Shown here one piece after another: positions 27,866-38,000 of a stretch of 64,000 nt of DNA. A program made the position numbers and the translations under genes. Under the pieces are notes generated by a model. The model searched no databases. It was not told where the DNA came from and was given only the letters and a program-made list of their open reading frames with translations. Source of the DNA: Carcharhinus amblyrhynchos (lineage: Eukaryota); assembly GCA_965287045.1 (NCBI GenBank), contig OZ336871.1:19530001-19594000 (forward strand). Direction: 5' to 3'. The stretch's first letter is position 1; each line of letters begins with the position of its first letter.

Positions 27866-28180
27866 AAGTTTTAAGTTTTAAAGTTTATTTATTAGTGTCA
27901 CAAGTAGGCTTACATTAACACTGCAATGAAGTTACTGTGTAAATCCCAAATCGCCACACTCCGGCACCTGTTTGGGTACACCGAGGGAGAATTTAGCACG
28001 GCCAACGCACCTAACCAGCACATCTTTCGGACTATGGGAGGCGACCGGAGCACCCAGAAGAAAGCCAGGCAGATACGGGGAGAATGTGCAGACTCCGCAC
28101 AGACAGCGACCCAAGCCAGGCATCAAATCCAGGTCCCTGTCACTGTGAGGCAGCAGTGCTAACCACTGTCGCCCATGCTC
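27866..28180 (-). mobile_element. V-SINE, tail type B
   Basis: Same head and V-domain, then ttctccctcggtgtacccaaacaggtgccggagtgtggcg...cacagtaacttcattgcagtgttaatgtaagcctacttgtgacactaataaataaacttt. Confidence 0.85.
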
Positions 28181-28563
28181 TCTAACTCGAGTGACAAAGT
28201 TGAACACGAGCTCCTCGCACTCATTAGTGGTGAGAGCGGAGGGGGCAGGCTTGAGGGGGCTTAGTGAAAGGTTTGGAGGTTGAGAAAATAAGCTCTGGAG
28301 GGTATGTTGGATCAGCAGTGTTCAAAAGGTGGCTGAAAAGTCAAGCAGAGAAATATAAAGAGAGGGAGAGAAAGAGAGAAAGAGAGAGGAGTTAAAAATT
28401 CTTCGGGAACGAAATGCTCATTACATAATCAAAGACAATGATGCACAGTTTGATGCAGCTTTTTCAAACAAGCCTCTAATCAGATTACAAATAAAATGTC
28501 ATCTTTCCAAACCTGTTCTTCATCATAGTGCACTATCTGTAGCAACTGCCATTGAAAGGATAC

Positions 28564-28697
28564 AGTTTTCGTCACCTTGTCTGTTCTTGGGGGGACCTGG
28601 CATGTTCAGTAACACAAGTCTGGCATCCTGGGACTTGTTGACAACAACTTCATTGAGTTTCACCGCAGTATGCATCCGCCGAACATTGGACTGATTC
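28564..28697 (-). CDS. SLC12A7: KCC4 penultimate coding exon
   Basis: ctctctcAG|G...AACT|GTATCCTTT; 134 nt; [44 protein letters not shown](Y). Confidence 0.95.
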
Positions 28698-28807
28698 CTG
28701 AGAGAGGGAAAGATTGATAGATGTGTACACCTTGGGTCAAGTGATCAGGAACGGAGTAGAATAAACTTATCATTCACAAAACCTCCCTGCCTTAACCATG
28801 TTAAGGT

Positions 28808-29150
28808 ATAGGAACCACAGAACCCTACAGTGCAGAAACAGGCCCTTCGGCCCATCGAGTCCGCACTGACCACAATCCCACCCAGGTCCTATCCCCAAAT
28901 ATTTTACCCGCTAATCCCTCTAACCTAAACATCCTAATACACTAAGGGACAATTTTAACATGGCCAATCAACCTAACTAGCACATCTTTGGACTGTGGAA
29001 GGAAACTGGAGCACCCAGAGGAAACCCACGCATTCTCCTCGAGGAGAATGTGCAAACTCCGCACAGACAGTGACCCGAGCCGGGAATCGAACCCAGGTCC
29101 CTGGAGCTGTGAAGCAGCAGTGCTAACCACTGTGCTACCGTGCCGCCCCA
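28808..29150 (-). mobile_element. HE1-like V-SINE, tail A
   Basis: Full length, very similar to 19707-20052. Confidence 0.88.
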
Positions 29151-32100
29151 AGGTGGAAAGGCACTATGGTTAATTGTTCTCTCGACACACACACACAAGA
29201 AATACATTTAGAAAAGCTGATTGAATTTAACGTGGGCTACCTTAAAGAGGTGACGTTTTAAGGAAAACAACTTATGCAAACAGCTCATCAAATTCCACCT
29301 TGCTGCCTCTGCATCCAAATTCACTGGAAATGCACCTGGCTAATTTTTGGGAGTAGGCACATTATAGGTATTTTCAGAAAGCGAGATTTCCCAGGTACTC
29401 CAACACAGCAGCATTATCACCACCCCTCTAAAGCATATCCAGGTGAAATTAAACAGTTCCTACTGTACAGCCGATTGCAACGGCAGAAAGCATTCTCACG
29501 ACGTGCAAGATCAGTGTCATGCTTATAAATCCAACGAGTACATGCGGGGTCATTCATTACCTTTCAGTCCTTTTCAGCCGATCCAACCCAAAAGCTTCAC
29601 TGATTGTCCAAACCAATAGCCTACTATATTTAAATGTTATGTATTAAAATCTGTTTGATGATGTGCCCATTTCTGCCAATGATCAATGTGCCAAAACTTA
29701 TGGCACCCTGCATCTAACTCTGTACTGAGTGGCAATGCTGCTTAATAGCAGGGACAGATTCTTAAAAAAAAACCTAGAGCAGCAGGGTGGCACAGTGGTA
29801 GGCATCATTGCCTCTCAGCACCAGGGACCCGGGTGCAACTCCAGCTTCGGATAATTGTGTGGAGTTTTCTTCCCTTGTCTATGTGCGTTTCCTCCCATGC
29901 TCCAAAAATGTGCAGGTTAGGTGAATTGGCCAGGCTGAATTGCCCCTTAGTGTCCCAAGATGTTTAGGTTAGAGGGATTAGCAGGGTAAATATGTTGAAT
30001 TTTGGGGATAGGGTCTGGGTGGGATCATTGCCGGAGAGTTGTGCAGGATCAACGGGCTGAATGATCTCCTTCTACGCCGTAGGGATTCTATGATCTCTTC
30101 AATATGTTTTCAGTCAGCAAATGATAAAGCAGTCTTATCTAAGAGGGAGTCCACCTGATGGCTTCATCTACAAACATATTGTGAAGTACATTGCTAAGCA
30201 AACTGAACAGCTTGCTAGACCATTTCAGGTGGTGGTTGACAGTCAACTGTAGCCCTTCTCACCCAGGGTATTACTAGGGGGAGAAATAAGGAAGGGAAGT
30301 ATGAACTAAAAATCCAACCCACTTCCTCAACTTCAATACACCCATTTTGCTACTTGATGTGTGTTTGCATAGATATGAGATGAAGAAAGTTTCTCTGTTA
30401 ACTGCATGATGATGGGACAAAGCATTGCTCTTTCTACCTCCTAGCATGACTCAGTACTCAAATCAATGGTAGTGTTAGGAATATTGCCATCATTTTTGAA
30501 TTAATGTGAACAGGGGTTTGGGTAGTTACATTGGAGATAGTCTTTCTTTTTGACTGAGTCAATTCACCCTCATTGGTGGTGAGGTTTGAAGAGGTTGGAA
30601 AAATGAATCAGAAGGAAATTAATCATTTGAGTTACAGTAATCTTTCCAAATATCAGTTTGCGTTATAGATTTTGTAATGACTTTAAGCAGACAAATTGAG
30701 GTTGGCCTGTTAGAATAGGAACTCCCTGATTAATAGGCCTAAATTGATGGGCCAATCTTGCTTTGTATTTAACCAGGAATGTCCATTCCTCTGGAACTCC
30801 TAGTGCAGACTGTGAACTAAAAGCACTCTATATGCTGTTGTCAGCAAACAGGTCATTGACCTGTAAATAAAGGGATTTTGGTGAAGGGACTTCTGCCTCC
30901 AAGGATTTATTACAGGTTTCACCGAATTAATTCTGGTGAATGAGATTTGAACCAGCCATTAATTCAAAGTACCCTCTTAACACAGCAAAATATCCCAAGG
31001 AGCATCCACAAGTGCATTATCAGACATTTTATACTGAGCCAGACAAGGGGATATCAGGATGGGGAACCATAAACTTGGGCATAATATAGTGATTGATTTT
31101 AAGGATCATCTCAAAAGGAGGAGACAGAGAGAGGCAGAGGGGTTTAGAGAGGAAATTCGGGAGCTAGGATCTAGATAGCTGAAGGCATCACCATCAACGG
31201 GGGTGCAAAGAAAACCAGAAATACACAAGAGTCCAGAGATGCAAAAATGCAGAGATCGTAAAGGGTTATGGTTGGTGGATATACGGCGTCAAGGAAGGAT
31301 AGAATAGATTGAGAACTTTAAAATTTAAGGCATTTACTCGACTAGAAGCCAAGATAGATCAGCGAGCATAGGGCTGATCAGTGAACTTGGTGGAGGTTCC
31401 AATACTGCCAGCTTACGTCAATGAAGGGTGATAGATAGGTGTTGAATTAGGGAGCTCAGATCTCCACTAGCGCGACCAGTTTTCAATGTCAACCAAAGGA
31501 CAAAATACACTCACTTAGTCACTGCCCAGATAGGAAAAAACTTCTAAAAAGATCTTTGAAATGTTAAGCTTATTTATTAGTGTCACAAGTCGGCTTACAT
31601 TAACAAAGCAGTGAAGTTACTGTGAAAATCTCTTCATTGCCACACACTGGTGCCTGTTCAGGTACACTGAGGGAGGATTTAGCATGGCCAATGCACCTAG
31701 CCAGCATGTCTTTTGGACCGTTGGAAGAAACCGGAGGAAACCCATGCAGACACGGGGAGAACGTGCAAAGTCTGCACGGTCAGTGACCCCAGTCGGGATC
31801 CTGCGTCCCTGGCGCTGTGAGGCAGTAGTGCTAACCACTGCACCACCATGCACCCTTCATAGTCCGTGAAACTAGGAAGGTAAATTAAAATATACAGAAC
31901 TGTATGGAGCTACACTGGACACCACATTAACATCCAATTTAAACATGTAAATGATTCACTAATAAGCAGACAAAACAATCTTGGCATAGCAAGTGCCCAA
32001 GCTGAATTAGTGCAAACAAAATGAGCCCTTACTCTCAAGAGTAATTTGAACATAGAGCAAACTTCCTCCAGTCTGCCGTTACTGAGGCTTTTGGAGAAAA

Positions 32101-32182
32101 CATCATGTGCTGTTAAGGACTATCTACAAACACAAACACACATAAGGAGTACAGATTAAATTGAAATCAAAATGCGACTTAC

Positions 32183-32197
32183 AGATTTCCCCATTCT
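32183..32197 (-). CDS. SLC12A7: 15-nt microexon (P)EWGN(L)
   Basis: ttctctctttcctcttgttccAG|AGAATGGGGAAATCT|GTAAGT; phase 2/2; corresponds to KCC2 EWENL. Confidence 0.88.
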
Positions 32198-33001
32198 CTG
32201 GAACAAGAGGAAAGAGAGAAAAATGACAGTTACTGCATAGTTCAAACACTGAAGCTCTTTATTCCTATTTTCACAAAACGTCAACGAAATACCTAAAAGA
32301 TTACAGGATGTCATAATGCAATACTCCGACTCAACAATATCTCAAACAGTTCAAACTGTTTTCTGGCATGATTGTCATTTGCAAGTATCCTTGATTGACA
32401 GTGATGTGACAAATCAGAAAACACCAACTTGTGTTCCACAAGAGGCAGATTTTAACCCACGATGGGAAACTACACAGGCGCTACATTGGCACGGTAATCT
32501 TAACAACCAGTTAAATAACACTGGTCCACTATTACCTCCTGGAATGGGCCAAAAGCAGGTGAAGATCAGGTGGTGATCCACTGGTCTCTTAGCAACTAGC
32601 ATGGATAGAGTTTGGAGAGGATTTCATGGGCAGAAGCAAAAAGGTGGGTTGAGTGTCTTGGACTTGAGCTGTAATTTTCTATGATTCTATAGTTCTATGA
32701 ATCTCACCTCATGATGGTTCTATAGGTCGGTGGGACTAGGCAAAAAATGATTCGGCACAGACAAGAAGGGCCAAAAGCCTGTTTCTCAGCTGTAATTTTC
32801 TATGGTTCTATGACAGCGAGGGAGACCATGATTTTCTTTGTGCAACATGGAAAGAGTACTTCTTTTCCTTGTCGTTCCATAAAAGGAAAGCATTAAGACT
32901 CACCAGAAGGAGGTTGTCTGCCTAAAGATCAGCTGCCAATCTCCTCTGGTCAATGCTAAATGCATCACAATCTTTTAATATAGCCAGTTTGTATGGTTAT
33001 G

Positions 33002-33350
33002 AGGGGAGCTGATGGCCTAGTGTATTATCACTAGGCTATTAATCCAGAAACTCAGCTAATGTTCTGAGGGCCCGGGTTCAAATCCCGCCACGGTAGATGG
33101 TGGAATTTGAATTTAATAAAAGAAATCTGGAATTAACAATCGACTGATGACCATACGACCCTTGTTGATCGTCAGAAAAATCCCTTTGGTTCACCGACAT
33201 CCTTTAGGGAAGGACATCTGCTGTCCTTACCTGGACTGGCCTAAATGTGACTCCAGAGCCACAGCAATGTGGTTGACTCTCAACTGCCCTCGGGCAACTA
33301 GGGATGGGCAATAAATGCTGGCCAGCCAGCGACACACATGGAAAAAAAGA
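33002..33350 (+). mobile_element. Second tRNA-derived SINE family
   Basis: tggcctagtg (A box)...gggttcaaatccc (B box)...ggaatttgaatt...gggcaataaatgctggcc; copies at 19187-19545, 36260-36592, 48244-48497 (partial). Confidence 0.75.
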
Positions 33351-34324
33351 TTAGGCTTTCACCAGATTATTGCTGCTAACAGACAGCCTTTAAGTGGGCA
33401 AGTTACCTGCTTGTTGTAAACCGCCAACCTCTTACACAACCCCCTTTTGTTAATATTGAGTCCAAACATTACCACTTACTTTCTGCCCTCCCTAAAGTTG
33501 AATCTCACCTCATGATGGCAAAGCTTTACATCCATCCCTGACAAGAGACCTAGTAAGGGATTGTTGCGTGTGCTCACAAACCTGATCAGACAAAAGAAAC
33601 TCTACACATCCCCACCTACTGCTAAGATCTCTTGTTCTGTCTTGTTGGTGCCTCTAATTTGTCAACAGCAACAGCCACTCCCATCTTAAATAATCTAAAC
33701 TGTGGCGTGAACTCAAATATGTTTTGTGCTCAGTGACTAATAATTGCAATTAGAATGCCTAAAAATGTTCTTACAGGATTTGCTAGAGTAACCATTTCAA
33801 AGCTTTTCTGAATTCACAACATTCTGGTGTTAGTTGAATTTTTTTTTAGTACTGTAAAGTTTATCTATCTACTCTGGGCCTACCTGCGAGTCCAATCCCA
33901 TACTATGCGGTCAATTCTTTATGTCCTCAGGGCAGTAAACATGGTCTTGGTGTCCCAACCTGGATTACTAGTCTAGAACCATAACCACTAAGCTAGGCAC
34001 AGGAAACTCATATCAAGGCCCACTCCCCGCCTTATCCCTGTAACCCCATGCATCTACCTCACTAATTCCCCTAACCTACACATCTTGGATCACTAAGGGG
34101 CAATTTGTCATAGCCAATCCACCCTAACCTGTACATCTTTGGACTGAGGGGGGAAACCAGAGCACCCGGAGGAATTCCACGCAGACACGGGGAGAATGTG
34201 CAACCTCCGCACAGTGACCCGAGGCTGGAATTGAACCCAGATCCCTGGTACTGTGAGGCAGCAGTGCTAACCACTGTGCCACCCTGTCCAGTCAGAAGAG
34301 ACACAAAGGAGACCTGTTATTTAA

Positions 34325-34672
34325 ACCAGCCTTCCATCCATTGACTCAGTCTACACTTCCCGCTGCCTCGGAAAGCAGCCAGCATAATTAAGGACCCCTG
34401 GACATTCTCTCTTCCACCTTCTTCCGTCGGGAAAAAGTCGGAGGTCACGTACCAACTGACTCAAGAACAGCTTCTTCCCTGCTGCCATCAAACTTCTGAA
34501 ATGGACCTACCTCGCAATAAGTTGACCTTTCTCTACACCCTAGCTATGACTGTAACAATGCTTTCTGCACCCTCTCATTTCCTTCTCTACGAACGATATG
34601 CTTTGTCTGTTGCAAGAAACAATACTTTTCACTGTATACTAATACATGTAACAATAATAAATCAAATTAAAG
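34325..34672 (+). mobile_element. Rex1/Babar-type LINE 3' fragment
   Basis: FHLLPSG...LKNSFFPAAI; tail aatacttttcactgtatactaatacatgtaacaataataaatcaaa. Confidence 0.72.
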
Positions 34673-34860
34673 TCAGTCAGCTTAAATGTGTGTTTGCCAC
34701 TGGAGGTTAACAAAGGAGTTTGGTTTTCTGGTGCCTTTTCAGTCAAAAGATTTGGAACATTTGTGAACCGACTTAAGCAGACCTCAGGATTATACAGGGA
34801 ATTGAATACACATTTCAGCTCACACATTAACAGAACACACTTCACAGAAAAGCTGGGGTT

Positions 34861-35850
34861 AAGAACATAAGAACATAAGAAATAGGAGCAGGAGTAGGCC
34901 ATCTAGCCCTTCGAGCCTGCCCCGCCATTCAATAAGATCATGGCTGATCTGTTGTGGCTCAGTTCCACATTCCCGCCCTCTCCCCATAACCCTTAATCCC
35001 CTCTCTTATCAAGAACCCATCAACCCGCTTCTTAAAAATATTTAGCGAGGCAGCCTCCACCACTTCAACGGGCAGAGAATTCCAGAGATTCACCACCCTT
35101 TGAGTGAAGAAGTTCCTCCTCAACTCCGTTCTAAACCGCCTCCCCTTTATCTTGAGGCTGTGCCCCCTAGTCCTACTGTCTTTTTTGAGTGGGAAGAGTC
35201 TCTCCACCTCTATCCTATCCATCCCATTCATCATCTTATACGTCTCAATGAGATCTCCCCTCATTCTTCTAAACTCTAACGAGTACAAGCCTAGTTTATT
35301 CAGCCTCTCCTCATAGCTCAATCCCCTCAACTCCGGTATCAGCCTAGTAAACCTCCTCTGCACTCCCTCCAGGGCCAAAATATCCTTGCGCAGGTGCGGC
35401 GCCCAAAACTGCACACAGTACTCCAGCTGCGGCCTCACCAATGCCCTATACAGCTGCAGCAAGACCTCCCTACTTTTATATTCAATCCCCCTCGCTATGA
35501 AGGCCAGCATCCCATTCGCCTTCCTGACCACCTGCTGCACCTGCAAGCTGGGTTTTTGCGACTCATGCACAAGGACCCCGAGGTCCCTCTGCACCGTCGC
35601 CTGCTGCAGTTTTTCGCCCCGTAAGTAATAGTCCTTCCTACCATTCTTCCTACCAAAGTGGACCACCTCACACTTGCCAACATTAAATTCCATCTGCCAT
35701 TTCCTGGCCCATTCGCCCAGCCTATCTAGATCCTTCTGCAGACTCTCCACACCCTCCGCACAATTTGCCTTTCCCCCAATCTTGGTGTCATCAGCAAATT
35801 TCGACACCCTGCACTCGGTTCCCTCCTCCAGATCATCTATATAAATGGTT
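34861..35850 (-). mobile_element. Young 5'-truncated CR1-clade LINE with uninterrupted RT C-terminal frame
   Basis: ~295 codons without stops: YIDDL...KFADDTK...MEFNVGKC...RDLGV...LEYCVQFW...FTQRVVNLWN; (TTCTTATG)n tail; possible 4-bp duplication GGTT at 34857-34860 and 35847-35850. Confidence 0.93.
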
Positions 35851-35896
35851 GAATATGGGGCAGGCTCATTTGAAAATAAAACTGAAATCAACTTAC

Positions 35897-36072
35897 GGTT
35901 TCATGTTAAAAATATCTCTCACACCTTCAGGCGATAACGATTCTTTATTTTTGTACTTTTCTGCGCTGATTTTCTCCTTGGTCCAGGTCATGTGCACCCC
36001 TTCGGGAGTGGCTGAAAGCTTGTCCATGGCAGAGGAGTGAGCTGCAGCGTTCCTGTCGTGGATCAGCTGGGC
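35897..36072 (-). CDS. SLC12A7: KCC4 coding exon with second WNK/SPAK site (HMTWT)
   Basis: ccaccttAG|GCC...AAACC|GTAAGT; 176 nt; AQLIHDRNAAAHSSAMDKLSATPEGVHMTWTKEKISAEKYKNKESLSPEGVRDIFNMK(P); AQLIHDRN is KCC4-like. Confidence 0.95.
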
Positions 36073-37459
36073 CTAAGGTGGAGTCAGGGGGAAACAACGG
36101 TCACCAAATCGGCACAACTCCCCCAGCCACGCAGAACCGTGTGAAGAAAGTGAAACTGCTCGCTCTGTTGCTTCTGGGCCAAGACCACGATTACTGTTCC
36201 TATCTGCCCCGGCAGGCATTTAAAAAAAAATCAACCACCGGAGTCACACGTAGGTGTAGTGGGGAGGCAATGGCCTAGCCGTATTATCATTAGACTGTTA
36301 ATCCAGAAACTCAGCGAATGTTCTGGGGACCCGGGTTCGAATCCCACCATGGCAGATGGTGGAATTTGAATTCAATAAAAAAAAACTGGAATTAAGAAGT
36401 GACCATGAAGCCATTGTCAGAAAAATCCATCTGGTTCACTAATGCCCTTGAGGGAAGGAAATCTGCCATCCTACACGTACTCCAGAGCCACAGCAATGTG
36501 GCTGACTCTCAACTGTTCTCGGGCAATGAGAGACAAGCAATAAATGCTGGCCAGCCAGCGACGCCCAAGTTCCATAAATTAATTTAAAAAATCAGAGAGA
36601 GACAGCCAAGTTCCCTTCTTTAAACTGCCTCACTGAATAAGTTGAGTTCTTATACAGAGAAAAGTCATCACCTTTATCTGGTGCCAGTCTACAATCACCA
36701 GATTCATTCATTTCTTTGTTTGCCCTGGTCAAACTCCTGACCTCATTAGTGCCCACTGTCTGAGCCATAAATGGCATCAACTTATTCGAGGCACATTTCT
36801 GGGCCATCATCTTTTGTGTGAAATGGTATAGGAATCAAACACAGATCATGAAAATTCAATCAAAAGGGTAAAAGCGAAAGAATGAGACCAGGAGACAGAC
36901 AGGAACGCAGCTTCTCATTATCCGAGACCCACTGCTGCACAGGAACAATGGACAAAGCTGGAACAAGAGGTGAAATTCTCATTTTCAGACTAAGGACGGT
37001 CCCGGTCACACACGTCCTGCCGGCCAGTTCCTCTCTGACTGTCCAAAGCTATTTCATGTCCCCTTCTTGCCCTCCTGATGTCTCTCTTAACTCTAATCCT
37101 ACACCCTCTATACTCTCCAAGGGATCTACTTGAACCCAGCTGCCTAGGCATGTTATTGCCTCCTTCTTCATTATCTTCTCCTTATCTTCATGAGGCCACA
37201 TTCCCCTCAACCCCTTCTGGCCTCACCTTGCACTCCACGTCCTGCTGAACTTTGGATGTTTGTTGTGGTGGCTGTACAAGTCTTAGACTGGTCCTGTCCA
37301 GATAGATACTGGTGTGCAACAGCAGGGGCAAACAGACCCCTGTACTCCCAATCTCCAGTGCAGTACTGATCTAAGAAAAAATGTGTTTTTTGTGTCTCAG
37401 GGCTGCTGCAATGTTTTAGTGAAGCTCAATGCAAACTGGAGGGATTGTATTTTATCTTC

Positions 37460-38000
37460 CGGTTACAGCCTTCCAGTATCAAAATTAAATTCAACAACTT
37501 CACTTGATTAGCTCTACACCACCTCAGACACTTTGTCTTCATTTTGTTTAACTTTTAACTATGCTCTACCTTCTATTTCTTTATTGCCTTTATTTTCCTT
37601 CCTCCACACTCTTGCTTCTTATTTTAATCCCATTTCCTTACCTTCCCCCGGCTTTTCTCAGTTTTATCTATCTCCCTCCCATTTCCCCCTCCCCTTCCCT
37701 CACATCATCTCCTCTGATTTCAGCTTCTCTGCCATTTGGCTATTCACATCTTCGATTCTCTCTACAGGCTGCCATTAGCAGCCTTTTCGCTTGTTTTTGT
37801 GGCTATGACTCATCTTTCATTCCCTCACCCTACACTGTAAATATCTCCCACTTTCTCTGCCTTTCAGCTTTGATAAAAGGTCATCTGGACTCGAAACATC
37901 AGCTCTTTTCTCTCCTCACAGATGCTGTCAGACCTGCTGAGATTCTACAGCATTTTCTGTTTTAGTTTCAGATTCCGGCATCCGCAGCAAATTTGCTTTT
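37460..38000 (+). mobile_element. Second Penelope-like family 3' fragment with decayed hammerhead
   Basis: LQPS.I.IKFNNF-like GIY-YIG end, pyrimidine-rich UTR, agct-TTGATAAAAGGTC-ATCTG-GACTC-GAAACATC-agct at 37866-37904; related pieces at ~3625-3725, 4253-4352 and 15395-15480 (minus). Confidence 0.65.

Noticed and set aside
34959-35891. 310-aa ORF as a host gene or KCC4-RT fusion
   Set aside because: It is a 5'-truncated CR1 RT; its first codons are intron sequence with a non-ATG start, and reading through the KCC4 donor (CCG TAA) stops at once.
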